A stretch of DNA of 64,000 bases from NCBI GenBank assembly GCA_943787795.1, contig CALSNU010000001.1, positions 640,001-704,000 on the forward strand, read 5' to 3'. The stretch's first letter is position 1; each line of letters opens with the position of its first letter. Under the pieces are notes generated by a model. That model saw nothing but the letters and a program-made list of their open reading frames with translations, was not told the origin of the DNA and ran no database searches. Positions 39,638 to 50,141 of the stretch are shown one piece after another. The stretch is from an uncultured bacterium (GTDB lineage Bacteria > Planctomycetota > UBA1135 > GCA-002686595). The position numbers and the translations under genes were made by a program.

Positions 39638-40675
39638 ATGACGAGCCCAAACGTTGAACTCCGGTCCGTGTCTCGATATCCCGACGCCCCCGTTCTCGCG
39701 AGCGTCTGGCGCGGGGGGGAGGTGGAGTCGGTCCATCGGGGCAGCTGGTGCCTGATGGATGGCGCCGGGCGTGTGCTCGATGGTGTGGGCCCCTGGGATC
39801 AGTCGTTCTTCGCACGCAGCTCGACCAAGGCGCTGCAGGCCATCCCGATCTTTGAGAGCGGCGCAGCGAGCCGCTTCAAGCTCTCGGATATGGAGATTGC
39901 TCTCGCAGTCTCCTCGCACAACGCCGAACCGTGCCACGTCACCACAGCCCGGGGACTCCTGGATCGGATCGGAGTTGGGGAGGATGAGCTGGGGTGTGGC
40001 CCCCAGCCGCCGGGGGACCCGGAGGCGCGGGCGGTCCTCATCTCCAACAACGTCCCCCCCGGCCGGGTCCACAACAACTGCTCGGGCAAGCACGCCGGCT
40101 TCCTCGCGCTCACCAAGCACCTGGATGCCGAGGTCGCCTCTTACCTGGACTTTGAGTCGGCGTCCCAGGCGCTGATCCGTGACGCGGTCGCGGACTTCAC
40201 GGGGCTGGGACCGGAGGAGCTCGGGCGCGCCATCGATGGGTGCAGCGCGCCGACCTTCCGCATGCCGCTCTCGGCCCTCGGCACCGCCTTCGCGCGGTTC
40301 ACGAGCCCGGAGGGCCTGGCCGCCGAGCGTCGGGGCGCGTGCGAGCGGATCATGACCTCGGTGCAGCGCTACCCCGTCCTGCTCGCCGGTCGCTCGCGGC
40401 GGCTCGACACGGCCCTGGTGGAGGTCACCGGCGGGCGGCTCTTCCCGAAGATCGGCGCCGAGGCGGTCTACGTGGTCGGCGTGCATGGCAAGGACCGGGC
40501 CCTCGCCGTCAAGGTTGACGACGGCGGACTCCGCGGACTGCACGCCGTCGTGGTCGAGTTGTTGCGCCGCTTCGGGTTCCTCGACAGCGCCGAGGCGCGG
40601 GCGCTCGAGGCCTACCGCCAGAACACCCTCCGGAACTGGGACGGCGTGGAGATCGGCCGCCTCGAGGTTCACTGA
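39638..40675 (+). CDS. Rhizobium-type (class 3) L-asparaginase II family protein
   Basis: RGGEVESVH, RSSTKALQA, SSHNAE, NNCSGKH, IDGCSAP, KIGAE, KVDDG. Confidence 0.92.
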   Translation: MTSPNVELRSVSRYPDAPVLASVWRGGEVESVHRGSWCLMDGAGRVLDGVGPWDQSFFARSSTKALQAIPIFESGAASRFKLSDMEIALAVSSHNAEPCHVTTARGLLDRIGVGEDELGCGPQPPGDPEARAVLISNNVPPGRVHNNCSGKHAGFLALTKHLDAEVASYLDFESASQALIRDAVADFTGLGPEELGRAIDGCSAPTFRMPLSALGTAFARFTSPEGLAAERRGACERIMTSVQRYPVLLAGRSRRLDTALVEVTGGRLFPKIGAEAVYVVGVHGKDRALAVKVDDGGLRGLHAVVVELLRRFGFLDSAEARALEAYRQNTLRNWDGVEIGRLEVH

Positions 40676-40686
40676 GCTCTCCCGCG

Positions 40687-43600
40687 ATGTCCGCTTCGCT
40701 CGCGCTCGTCTCGGTCGCTGTGGGCGCCCTCGCCGCGGCGGCGTCGACGCCGCAGGAGGCCCCGTCCAGGGCCGTCGAGAGAGAGATGGCCATGCGCGCC
40801 GCCGCGCCGGAGTTGGCCCGTCTCGCAGCGACCCCGCAAGCGGAGGGGAGCGCCGTGACGGAGGCCCTGTTGCTGGAGCTTCTCGGGGAGGCGATTGATC
40901 CCGGGGCGCCCGCGTGGGTGAAGGAGATCACGGCGTTCGACGCGGCGGCCCGTGCGGGCGTGTTGCTGGCTGACGGCTGGCCCTTGGACCCTGCGAGCCA
41001 GCGGCCTGAAGTCTGGGCCGCTCGGCTACGCATCCTTGAGGCACGCGGCGACGGTGCAAGCGGCGCCGGTGCAAGCGGCGACGGTGCAGCCCTCGCCGAG
41101 GCGGTCTCGTCAGCTCTTGCTGCGCCCTTCTACGCGGTCCGGCTCGCTGCTCTGGAGCGTCTCGCGCGGGCGCTCATCTCCAACCCCGAGATCGTCCCGT
41201 ACCTCCCGGCGGTCGCTGACGCGAAGGGCCTCTCGAAGGAGACGTGTCGTACGCTCAGCGACGCGCTCGCGCGGGGTGGCGCCCGGTCCGCGGGACTCGC
41301 CGAGAGCGCGCTCGCGGCCCGGACAAGGGCGCTTGGTGGAGATCAGTCGCGGGCTCTTGAGGAGCTGTTCGATCTCTGGATCGACCGCCCGATCGGTGCC
41401 GACGCGATTCGAGTTCTCCGCGGGCGCTTTCCGCTCGGAGAGGTCGGTCGCGGGCTGGTCGAGGCTCTGGCGCTCGTGGCTGACGGACAAGGAGAGGCGC
41501 TCCTCGGGCCAGATCTGGACCTCGTCCTCACGGCGCTCGATGGACCCGTGCCGGGGTCCCAATCCGAATGGTCGCTGGACGAATGGGACCTGGACGAGCG
41601 CTCCGAAAGGGTGGTCCGCCGCTCGGGCTCGGCGGCCCTGGGTCGAGCCATGCGCGATCGATCTGCGAACGAGAGGCTCTCGCCCCGCAGTCGTCTCAGG
41701 TGCGTCCAAGGGGCGGCATGGGCCCTGCCGCTCGGGGAACTCCTGCGGTGGGCGAGGGAGCTCGATGAGCCGGCGGCGCTGGAGGTGTGGCGCGTGATCA
41801 CGGATCGACGTGAGCCACTGCCCGCCTATGAGGTGGGGCCCTGGCTCGCCGATCCGCGGGATGAGGTCCGCGAGGCCGCCGCGCGTGAGGTGGGGCGTCG
41901 GCTGACCCTAGGTGGGGAGCTGCAGCTGCTGGGCCTGGCCGAACAGCTGCTCGAGGATCCCCGGCCCGAGGTCCGCAGCCTCGCCTTCTCCTGGCTCTGC
42001 GAGGCCGCTACCCGTCCGGCAGTGTGGTCGGCGCTGCGCGCCGCGTTCGACCGCGAGGGCGAGCTTGCGGCGTCCAGGGGGCGCCTGACCGAGCGTCAAG
42101 CTCGCTGGCTTGCGCAGCTCCCACGCGGAGTGCGGATCCCGGCCTTTCGGGACCTGCTGATGGAGCTCGTGGGTCACGCGGGGCAGCGGAACTCCGCGGT
42201 GGTGGAGCTCCTCGCGCCCTTTGTGGGCGACGCGGACGTGGCCGTTCTGCTGCGGCGGGCTCTGAGCGAGGAGCTCGCCGGGGTGGAGGCCGCGCCGGTC
42301 TATCCTGATCGCCTCATGTCCGATGGGAGAGCCGCGGCGATCGCAACCTCCCTTGCGGCCGTGGAGGGGGAGGTCGCCACGGGACTGCTGGTGGATGGGC
42401 TCCGCCGGACCATGTGGCTGATGCACGGTCCAGACGCCAGGGAGGACGCGCGCCCCCAGCTCCCAAAGGTGACATGCGGACTGCTGCAGCGCAGCGTCGC
42501 GGGCCGCAGGGCCCTGGCCGAGTTTCTCGGCGAGGGTGTCCCGGTCCGCGTGGGCTACGAGGCAGCCCTACAGCTCGCCAAGGGTCGAGACCTTGCGCCC
42601 GAGATCGCCCTGGAGGCGGCCCAGAGGATCACCGCCGACTACGAGCGAGTGGACGGCACGCTCCGCGCCCGAGGACTCGAGGCGCTGGGTCGCCTTCGGT
42701 GTCCGGAGAGCCAAGGCGTGGAGCGGTTCCTGGGGCGCCTCGCTGCACCCGGTGGCGACCCGGCGGAGCGTGAGATGGCGATCGCGGTCATGGGGCGATG
42801 GTCCATGGGATCATCGCTCGCGGACCTCGCCAGGAAGCCACTCGGTCAACGCGTCCCCGACCTCATGGATGTCGAGGCCGCTGTTGCCGCCGCGAGAGCG
42901 CTCGCGGATCCCGCGCTCGAGCCGCGGGCTACCCTGGCAGGGCTTCTCGACCTCGTGGAATCGGTCGACGCACGCCGTGTGCTGCCTGGGGTCCCGGACC
43001 TCGAGCGCGAGGCGCTCGGGCAGCTCCGGGGGGCGGCGTTGATCAGCGCTGCGACCGTGGCGGCCCGTGATCGAGCGCTCGGGTCGGGCCGTCCCGTGCC
43101 CAGCTGGGAACGACTGGCCGCCGCCGTCACGCGTCGCCCGATCGAAGAGGGGCCGTCGGACATCGCGCGGAGATTCCGCGGGGACGAGCTCGGGGCGGTG
43201 CGCTTCCGCTGGAGCGCAGAGGTGGGGGCCGTTGAGGCCCTCCCCGCGCTCGCCAGGGAGTTCCTCGCCGAAGGACCCACGCCCACGGCGAGGGACGGAA
43301 TCGACGGGCGGCTGCTGGTCATGATGGGCGAGCTCTCGCGCAGGACGGGCAAGGGGGGCGTCGAGGCGCAGCGGCTCCTCGAGCGCGGCCTCTTCGCCAT
43401 GGCCGGGGAGCCCCGGACTCGCCCCGCCTCCAGGGACCTGACCTTCGGCCGGGCCGCGCTGGGGCGAGCGATCCTCGACGACTTTGGTTCAGGGCCTGGG
43501 CCGGCGGCCGGAGACAAGGTGGACGCGGTGCGCTGGGAGCGTGCCGCCCTGCAGGCGACTCTGCTGCTCCTGGACTGGCGGCGCGGCCGGATCGGGCGCG

Positions 43601-43833
43601 CGGTCCTTGAGGCGGAATTCGGGGTGGCGGATGCCGCCGAGCGATGCCATCCGGAGGCGCGGCTGGCCGTGCTCGGCAGCGTGTTCCGGGGCCGGGCGGC
43701 CCTGGCTCGCGGCGAAGGAGCGGACGTGGCTCGCCGATGGGCGGATCAGGCCCGGGACTGGGCGCCCATGGACCAGCTCGGGGCGGAAGCCTTGGCGGCG
43801 CTGGACAGGGCGATTCGGTTGCGGCAGCGTTGA
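40687..43833 (+). CDS. Large exported HEAT-repeat/alpha-solenoid hypothetical protein
   Basis: Signal peptide; LADPRDEVREAAA and LLEDPRPEVRSLA HEAT-like motifs. Confidence 0.7.
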   Translation: MSASLALVSVAVGALAAAASTPQEAPSRAVEREMAMRAAAPELARLAATPQAEGSAVTEALLLELLGEAIDPGAPAWVKEITAFDAAARAGVLLADGWPLDPASQRPEVWAARLRILEARGDGASGAGASGDGAALAEAVSSALAAPFYAVRLAALERLARALISNPEIVPYLPAVADAKGLSKETCRTLSDALARGGARSAGLAESALAARTRALGGDQSRALEELFDLWIDRPIGADAIRVLRGRFPLGEVGRGLVEALALVADGQGEALLGPDLDLVLTALDGPVPGSQSEWSLDEWDLDERSERVVRRSGSAALGRAMRDRSANERLSPRSRLRCVQGAAWALPLGELLRWARELDEPAALEVWRVITDRREPLPAYEVGPWLADPRDEVREAAAREVGRRLTLGGELQLLGLAEQLLEDPRPEVRSLAFSWLCEAATRPAVWSALRAAFDREGELAASRGRLTERQARWLAQLPRGVRIPAFRDLLMELVGHAGQRNSAVVELLAPFVGDADVAVLLRRALSEELAGVEAAPVYPDRLMSDGRAAAIATSLAAVEGEVATGLLVDGLRRTMWLMHGPDAREDARPQLPKVTCGLLQRSVAGRRALAEFLGEGVPVRVGYEAALQLAKGRDLAPEIALEAAQRITADYERVDGTLRARGLEALGRLRCPESQGVERFLGRLAAPGGDPAEREMAIAVMGRWSMGSSLADLARKPLGQRVPDLMDVEAAVAAARALADPALEPRATLAGLLDLVESVDARRVLPGVPDLEREALGQLRGAALISAATVAARDRALGSGRPVPSWERLAAAVTRRPIEEGPSDIARRFRGDELGAVRFRWSAEVGAVEALPALAREFLAEGPTPTARDGIDGRLLVMMGELSRRTGKGGVEAQRLLERGLFAMAGEPRTRPASRDLTFGRAALGRAILDDFGSGPGPAAGDKVDAVRWERAALQATLLLLDWRRGRIGRAVLEAEFGVADAAERCHPEARLAVLGSVFRGRAALARGEGADVARRWADQARDWAPMDQLGAEALAALDRAIRLRQR
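41047..41091 (+). repeat. 15-bp coding tandem repeat x3 (GDGAS GAGAS GDGAA)
   Basis: ggcgacggtgcaagc / ggcgccggtgcaagc / ggcgacggtgcagcc. Confidence 0.8.
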
Positions 43834-43886
43834 GGCTGCGGTGGGACGCCCCCCCGCGCAAACCCTCGAAACCCAGGTCAATCGAC

Positions 43887-44345
43887 ATGGCCCACCTGCT
43901 CCGAACCACCCTCCTGCTCGCGATCTCCTCGCTCTCCTTCACGTCCCTTCCGGGCTGCGCCGGAACAGGGGACGGACCTCCGCCCATTGAGGCCTCCGAG
44001 GCGGCCTTGATTGGAGAGTGGCAGGTGGAGGAGCTCGACGGGCAGCCTCTGGTGGCCTCCTCGGAGGTCGCCCTGACGTTCGGCTTGGAGGGCGCTTTCA
44101 CCGGAGACTCCGGTGTGAACCGACTCCGCGCCAGCTACTCGTTCGAGGGAGGCACCCTTCAAGTCTCCGAGGTCATGGCCACGCGTATGGCTGGCCCGCC
44201 GGAGCTCATGGAGCAGGAGGCCCGTCTGATGTCGGCGCTCGCGCAGGCGCGGGGAGTCGAGGTCAGCGGCGACCACCGGCTCCGCCTCCTCGACGCCGAG
44301 GGCGAGGTGCTCGCCGTCGCCCGGGCGGGACCTGCGCCGCGATGA
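43887..44345 (+). CDS. META-domain (HslJ-like) lipoprotein
   Basis: LPGC lipobox; W.VEELDG, GDSGVNRL, ATRMAGP..LMEQE. Confidence 0.88.
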   Translation: MAHLLRTTLLLAISSLSFTSLPGCAGTGDGPPPIEASEAALIGEWQVEELDGQPLVASSEVALTFGLEGAFTGDSGVNRLRASYSFEGGTLQVSEVMATRMAGPPELMEQEARLMSALAQARGVEVSGDHRLRLLDAEGEVLAVARAGPAPR

Positions 44346-45239
44346 TCAGGGCGCCGGCTGCTCGCCCTCGAGGACCTCGTTCAGGAACTCCTTCACCTGG
44401 GTCGTCGGCACCGCGAAGCTGATGCCGTTGGCCTCGATGTAGCCGGCGGTGTTCACGCCGACGCAGGCGCCGGTCAGGCTGATGAGGGGGCCGCCGGATG
44501 AACCGGGGTTGATGGCCGTGTCCATCTGGATGAAGGAGATCTCGCGGCCCTCCTCCGGTTTCACGCCGGAGAGGTGGCGTCCGGTCTGACTGATGATGCC
44601 CAAGGTGACTGTGTGGCCGAGGCCGAGGGGGTTGCCGACCGCCACCGCCCAGCTGCCCACCGGGGCCTTGCGGGAGTCGCCCAGCGGGATCACCGGGAAG
44701 GGGCCCGGCGTCCCGACAATCTTGAGCAGCGCGAGGTCAAAGACCGGGTCGACGGCGAGGACCTCCAGGTCCAGCTCCTGGCCCGTGGCGCTGAGGGCCC
44801 AGTGGTCCGACGCGCCGCGGATCACGTGGGCGTTGGTCAGGACGTAGCCGTCCTCATGGATGATGAAGCCCGATCCCAGTCCGGCCCCGGGCAGCGAGAC
44901 GGGGATCCCGAGGCCGGGGATGTTGAAGGGGAGCAGGCGGACGCGGGCCGCCTGCTTGGTCTTGAAGTAGATGCTCAGCACAGCGGGGCGGGCCTTCGCC
45001 GCGACCCTCTCCACCGCGCGGACGTCCATCCTCCCGCTCGCCCGGGTCCTGGCGGCCTCGGTGGCGATGGTGTTCATGGACGCCCCGCGGAGCTTGCGGG
45101 CCCCGCGGAAGAACTCCACGGGGGCGTCCGGAGCGATTGTCGGCTCCTTGTCCATGGTGACGCACCCTGGCCCGAGGGCCGTGGCCAGGAGGGTGACGAG
45201 GACGAGGAAGCGGCCGGGACGAGGGGGCTGAGTGGACAT
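44346..45239 (-). CDS. HtrA-like trypsin serine protease lacking PDZ domains, lipoprotein
   Basis: GSGFII, TNAHV, DLALL, INPGSSGGPL; GPGC lipobox; protein ends right after the protease domain. Confidence 0.9.
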   Translation of the reverse strand: MSTQPPRPGRFLVLVTLLATALGPGCVTMDKEPTIAPDAPVEFFRGARKLRGASMNTIATEAARTRASGRMDVRAVERVAAKARPAVLSIYFKTKQAARVRLLPFNIPGLGIPVSLPGAGLGSGFIIHEDGYVLTNAHVIRGASDHWALSATGQELDLEVLAVDPVFDLALLKIVGTPGPFPVIPLGDSRKAPVGSWAVAVGNPLGLGHTVTLGIISQTGRHLSGVKPEEGREISFIQMDTAINPGSSGGPLISLTGACVGVNTAGYIEANGISFAVPTTQVKEFLNEVLEGEQPAP

Positions 45240-45342
45240 GGAGCGGACTCTAGCTCGCGGCTCGGGGGATGCAACGTGGGGGCCGGCCGCTTCCGACCAG
45301 TTCCGCGAGGAGCCTCGGCGCTCAAGCCTTAGGATGGGGGAC

Positions 45343-46128
45343 ATGGCCATCACCGCACTCGACCGTCCTGAAGGCGCGATCGATGCGCTCGGGGACGGGA
45401 TCGGCTTCGTCGCACTGGTGGACCGGATGGAGCAGGACCCTGCTCTCAAGGTCGTCAACAGCGCGCGAATCTCGTACGACAAGCAGAAGGAAGGGTTCGA
45501 GGAGAAGGACCGCAAGCTTTGCTCCTTCCTCTGGGAACACGGCCACACGTCGCCGTTCCGACACTCCTTCTTCACCTTCCACTGGAAGGCGCCCCTGTTC
45601 GTCTTCCGCCAGGCCTTCAAGTACCAGGTCGGGAGCGGCTGGAGGACCTACGAGGTCGACGGCGCCGAGGTCTCCTTGGAGGTGTTCGACGTCATGTTCG
45701 ACACCGACAAAGGCTGCTCGTGGAACGAGGTCTCCGGCCGCTACGTGCGCTGGACCCCCGAGTTCTATGTGCCCACTGTGATGCGGGCGAACCCGCCCCA
45801 CGGCAACAAGCAGGCGTCCTTCGACCTGCCCGAGGACTTCGACCACGCCGGGGAGCGCAAGCTGATGCTCGATGAGTGTGAGGACGCGTTCAAGCGCTAC
45901 GAGGCCCGCATTGAGCGCGGCGTCGCGAAGGAGATCGCGCGGATGATCCTGCCCCAGAGCCTGTACACCCAGGCCTACTGGACGGTCTCGCTCCAGGGCG
46001 TCCTGCACTTTCTCCAGCAGCGCCTGAAGCCCGACGCGCAGTACGAGATTCGCGTCTTCGCAGAGGCGGTCCGCGATCTGGTAAAGGACGACCTCGCTCG
46101 GGTCGGCGTGACCTTCGAGGACGCATGA
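45343..46128 (+). CDS. thyX: FAD-dependent thymidylate synthase
   Basis: VVNSARISY, HGHTSPF, KAPLFVFRQ, WNEVSGRY, KEIARMILP, AQYEIR. Confidence 0.9.
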   Translation: MAITALDRPEGAIDALGDGIGFVALVDRMEQDPALKVVNSARISYDKQKEGFEEKDRKLCSFLWEHGHTSPFRHSFFTFHWKAPLFVFRQAFKYQVGSGWRTYEVDGAEVSLEVFDVMFDTDKGCSWNEVSGRYVRWTPEFYVPTVMRANPPHGNKQASFDLPEDFDHAGERKLMLDECEDAFKRYEARIERGVAKEIARMILPQSLYTQAYWTVSLQGVLHFLQQRLKPDAQYEIRVFAEAVRDLVKDDLARVGVTFEDA

Positions 46129-46646
46129 TCGGTGACTATCGCATCCGCAGGCTCGTGCCAGCGGATGCTGCGGAGTACGTGGAGCTACGCCGGGACATGT
46201 TGGCGGATACCCCCGTCGCCTTCCTCGGGGACCTGGTGGACGACGAGTGTCTGGACCTTGAGGTCATGGAGGCCCGCCTACGGTCGGACGAGAGCCCGCT
46301 GTTCTGTGCGGAGAACGACGACGGGGAGCTCTGCGCCGTGGCGGGCTTCTATCGGGATCGCCGCGCGAAGATGCGTCACCGCGGGACCCTCTGGGGGGTC
46401 TACACACGTCCGTCGTGCCGGCGCCGCGGACTCTCCCGCAAGATCATCGAAGTCGCCATCGCCCACGCTGCGAGCGCAGAGGGGCTCGACGTGATCCAGC
46501 TCTCGGTCTCCGCAGAGGCGCCCGGTGCGCAGGCCCTCTACGAGTCCCTCGGCTTCACCGCCTGGGGCCGTGAGCCCCGGGCAGTGATGGTGGACGGCCG
46601 ACAGGTGGACGAGATCCACATGTGGCGCGCCGCAAGCGAGGCCTAG
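46125..46646 (+). CDS. GNAT family N-acetyltransferase
   Basis: KMRHRGTLWGVY, RRRGLS, AQALYESLGF, GREPRA. Confidence 0.9.
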   Translation: MIGDYRIRRLVPADAAEYVELRRDMLADTPVAFLGDLVDDECLDLEVMEARLRSDESPLFCAENDDGELCAVAGFYRDRRAKMRHRGTLWGVYTRPSCRRRGLSRKIIEVAIAHAASAEGLDVIQLSVSAEAPGAQALYESLGFTAWGREPRAVMVDGRQVDEIHMWRAASEA

Positions 46647-48472
46647 TCTCGGCCCAGCGCCTTCTTGAGGGCGGCCTCGCCGCCGACGACAGGGAGCCCG
46701 ATGCTCGTTCCCGCGAGATCGACGGAGAGCTTGGTCCCGGCCTTGGGCTGGAGCGTGAACTCCGGGTCGCTGGCGAAGATCATCAGGCCAAGCTGCTCGC
46801 CCGCAGGCACGATCTGGTCATCGGGCATGAGCCGAAAGGCGAGGTCCACGTACTCGCCGGGGACGAGCGGGGAGCTCTCGGTCATTGAGTTGCGGTTCTG
46901 GGGGTCCGCCCAGCCGCGTGAGATGATGTTGTCGTTGATCGTCGCGCCCTCCTCGAAGGGGAGGGAGACGAGCCAGACCGAGAGGTTCGTGGCGGGCTTG
47001 TTGCAGGCCACGCGCAGCTTCATCTCGTAGTGCCCGGAGAGGTGCAGGGGAGCGACCAGCTTCGGGGAGGCGAACAGGAGCCTCGCCTTGGAGGAACTCG
47101 CCTGTGCGTGCTCGGCTCCAGAGGTCGCGGGGGCGTCGGTCAGCGGCTGCTCACCAGTCGACGCCGTCATCGCGAGCGTACCGACGCGCGCGCCCTTGCC
47201 CGAGGGGAAGAGGTCCACGAGGGACGCCTCGGGGTTGGGGTAGTCGGCGTACGGCGTCGGCTCGCTGCGCTTGTCGGACTCGCGCACGATCCAGGCGCGG
47301 GGTTGAGCCTCGATCTCGTTGTCGATGTCGTAGAGGTAGCGGGTGAACCACTGGTTCACGAGCCAGAAGGGCGGGTCGCCCCCGTGCCCTCCCTGGTGGA
47401 AGTAGCACATGACCGGCACGCCCTTCTCCTTGAGGGCCTCATAGATGCGGACGCTGTGCTCCGGCATCACGTTCCAGTCGTTGAACGCGTGAGCCATCAG
47501 GACGGCGGAGCGCACGCCGTCGATGTCGTTCAGGTAGTCCCGCCCTGCCCAGAAGTCGTTGTAGTCGCCCGTGACTCGATCGAGGTACTTCTCGAGCTCG
47601 TCCTCTCGGATGTTCTCGTTACACCAGTCTCGCCGGGTCGGGTCGCCGCTGTGCACGAAGTCGTAGAGGACGTCGATGTCCTCGCCCATGTATCCGCCCG
47701 GGTGGCGGACCAGGCCATTGGAGCGGTAGTAGTGGTAGTACGAGGTGTTGGGCGCGACCGGGATGATGGCCTCGAGGCCCTCGACTCCCGTCGTGGCCGC
47801 GGCGAGGGGGAGGGTCCCGTTGAAGGACGTCCCGATCATCCCGACCTTGCCTGTGCACCAGGTCGCCTCCACAGGCTCGCCGCCGGTCGCAGCGGTGAAG
47901 CCGCGGGCGCGCCCGTTGAGCCAGTCGATGACCGCCTTCGGGGCGAGGGACTCGTTGTCCGCGCCAATGGTGGGGCAGCCCTGGCTGTAGCCGGTGCCAG
48001 GCGAGGCCGAGTGCACCACGGCGAAGCCGCGCGGCACGAACTGGCGGATGTAGCGGGTGGAGTTGAGCGCGCGGAAGTCCTTGCGCTCGATCTCCGGCGG
48101 GTGCGGTCGCTCCGGCGGCTTGGCGCCGACCTCGTGGTCGGGATTCCAGAAGAACTCCTCACTCGTACCGCTCGTGCCCCAGAAGTAGGGGCTTGTGTTG
48201 TAGATGACCGGGACCTTGAGGCCTTCGGACATGCACTGGCCCGGGACCGTGACGTCCACATGCATTCGGTCCTTCATCCCGTCGCCATCGGAGTCGAACT
48301 CGGTCTCCACCCAGAGGTGGAATTGCTCCCAGTTCTTGCGGTCCTTGAAGGCCTCAACCACCTGAGCTTCACCGTTCTCGAAGCGAGGCTTTGCGCCGTC
48401 CTGGCCAACAGCAAGGGAGCCGGTGAGGGCGAAGAGTGCGACGGGAGCGAGGGACCGGAGGGGAGTTTGCAT
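46643..48472 (-). CDS. pepX: Secreted Xaa-Pro dipeptidyl-peptidase (S15, CocE/NonD family)
   Basis: DSDGDG..D, SPY, VIDWLNGRA, GTSFNG nucleophile, DWNV, QGGH; signal peptide. Confidence 0.88.
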   Translation of the reverse strand: MQTPLRSLAPVALFALTGSLAVGQDGAKPRFENGEAQVVEAFKDRKNWEQFHLWVETEFDSDGDGMKDRMHVDVTVPGQCMSEGLKVPVIYNTSPYFWGTSGTSEEFFWNPDHEVGAKPPERPHPPEIERKDFRALNSTRYIRQFVPRGFAVVHSASPGTGYSQGCPTIGADNESLAPKAVIDWLNGRARGFTAATGGEPVEATWCTGKVGMIGTSFNGTLPLAAATTGVEGLEAIIPVAPNTSYYHYYRSNGLVRHPGGYMGEDIDVLYDFVHSGDPTRRDWCNENIREDELEKYLDRVTGDYNDFWAGRDYLNDIDGVRSAVLMAHAFNDWNVMPEHSVRIYEALKEKGVPVMCYFHQGGHGGDPPFWLVNQWFTRYLYDIDNEIEAQPRAWIVRESDKRSEPTPYADYPNPEASLVDLFPSGKGARVGTLAMTASTGEQPLTDAPATSGAEHAQASSSKARLLFASPKLVAPLHLSGHYEMKLRVACNKPATNLSVWLVSLPFEEGATINDNIISRGWADPQNRNSMTESSPLVPGEYVDLAFRLMPDDQIVPAGEQLGLMIFASDPEFTLQPKAGTKLSVDLAGTSIGLPVVGGEAALKKALGRD

Positions 48473-48555
48473 GGGGGGCTAGCGGGCTGGGGGCGGGTCA
48501 GCGATTGGTCGATTGACCGAGCATACGTCGCGATCGGTGACCGAGTGAGCGGGGC

Positions 48556-49983
48556 TCAGAGGATCGGAGCGAACAGCCGGGCGAACCGGGCCACGAGTCT
48601 GAAGTGGAGGGGTTGGCGGCCGAAGTCACCGACCTGCACCTCCTCTGAGCGGGCGAGGTCATCGGTGAGCATGGCGTTGACCTCGGCGGCGAACTGCTCG
48701 CTCTCTACGAGGGCCCCGAGTTCGAAGTTGAGCCGCATGGAGCGGTTGTCAAGGTTGGCGCTCCCAACCAGGGAGAGGTCGGAGTCCACCAGGACGACCT
48801 TCTGGTGGCAGAAGCCCGCGGTGTACCGAAAGATCCGACAGCCGCTCTCCAGGACCTCGTCGAAGAAGCTCCACCCCGCGAAGTGGGTCGCCGCGTGGTC
48901 CCCGGTGGAAGGGAGCAGGATGCGGACATCGACGCCGCGCAGCGCAGCGAGCTGCAGAGCCGAGGTGATCTGCTGGTCGAAGACGAAGTAGGGGGTCGCG
49001 ATCCAGAGCCGTTCCTGCGCGCGGTGGATTAGGCCGACGAAGAGCAGGCTGCAGGACTCCATGGAATCTGCGGGCCCTGTGGGGACGACCAGTACGGACT
49101 GGTCATGGCCAGCGGGGTCCGCCTCGGGGGCCCACGACCAGTCCGGGAGATCGTCGGTGGCCCAGTGCCAATCCTCGAGGAAGGACAGCTGGATGCCCTG
49201 TGCCGCGGGTCCCGAGATTCGAATGAAGGTGTCGCGCCAGGGAGAGAGGTCGGGGTCGGCGCCCAGGTATTCATCGCCGACGTTCAGGCCTCCGGTGAAG
49301 GCCACCCGGCCGTCCACCACCACGGCCTTGCGGTGATTTCGGAAGTTGAGCTGGAGCCGGTGGCTCCTTCCCGCGGTGGCGAACGCATTGATCTCCGCGC
49401 CAGCACGCCGTAGCCGCATGATGAAGGCGGACTTGAGGGTCGCCGAGCCGATCCCGTCGAACAAGAAGTAGACCTTCACGCCCCGTTCGAGCGCGGCCTT
49501 CAACGCGGCCTCAAGCCGCTGTCCGACCCCGTCATCTCGGACGATGTAGAACTGGACCAGCACGTAGCGGCCGGCCTCCTCGATCTCCTCGATGATCGCC
49601 TCGAACGTCCGGGCGCCGTCCACCAGCAGCTCGACACGGTTGTGGCTCAGGAACGGGAGGCGGACCAGGCGCTCGAGCGCGACGAGGAGAGCCGGGCGTT
49701 CAGGCGCGTCGACGAAGTAGCGCTCTCCGGAGTCTCTCAGGACATCGACCACTGGATCGAAGACGACGTTCCCCTCGAGGCGCGCGCCTCGGTAGCCCTC
49801 GTACCGCCGAGGGCCGAAGATCCAGTAGAGCGGCACCGCGAGGGGCGGAACCGTGATCAGGAAGAACAGCCACGCCACCGCGCCCTGCGGGGTGCGGCCC
49901 TGCAGCAGGACGTGAACCGCCGAGGCGATTCCGATCAATTCCACCAGGAGGTAGAGCAGGCCAGCGAGGGTCCAGTCGAACAT
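48556..49983 (-). CDS. cls: Cardiolipin synthase
   Basis: Two N-terminal TM helices; two HKD motifs (NHRKAVVVD, HQKVVLVD); GSANLDNRS. Confidence 0.95.
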   Translation of the reverse strand: MFDWTLAGLLYLLVELIGIASAVHVLLQGRTPQGAVAWLFFLITVPPLAVPLYWIFGPRRYEGYRGARLEGNVVFDPVVDVLRDSGERYFVDAPERPALLVALERLVRLPFLSHNRVELLVDGARTFEAIIEEIEEAGRYVLVQFYIVRDDGVGQRLEAALKAALERGVKVYFLFDGIGSATLKSAFIMRLRRAGAEINAFATAGRSHRLQLNFRNHRKAVVVDGRVAFTGGLNVGDEYLGADPDLSPWRDTFIRISGPAAQGIQLSFLEDWHWATDDLPDWSWAPEADPAGHDQSVLVVPTGPADSMESCSLLFVGLIHRAQERLWIATPYFVFDQQITSALQLAALRGVDVRILLPSTGDHAATHFAGWSFFDEVLESGCRIFRYTAGFCHQKVVLVDSDLSLVGSANLDNRSMRLNFELGALVESEQFAAEVNAMLTDDLARSEEVQVGDFGRQPLHFRLVARFARLFAPIL

Positions 49984-50141
49984 GGATCGGGGCGATTCCT
50001 CCCCAGGCAGCGTAACTTCGACCGGCCCTCGGCCCAGAGGATTCGCTGAACCCGCCCCGATGGACTACGTTTCGCCTGAGCGGCGACCGCCGCCGACCTC
50101 GACGACCACACTGCCCGCCTGCGAAGCCCATGATCCACGCA

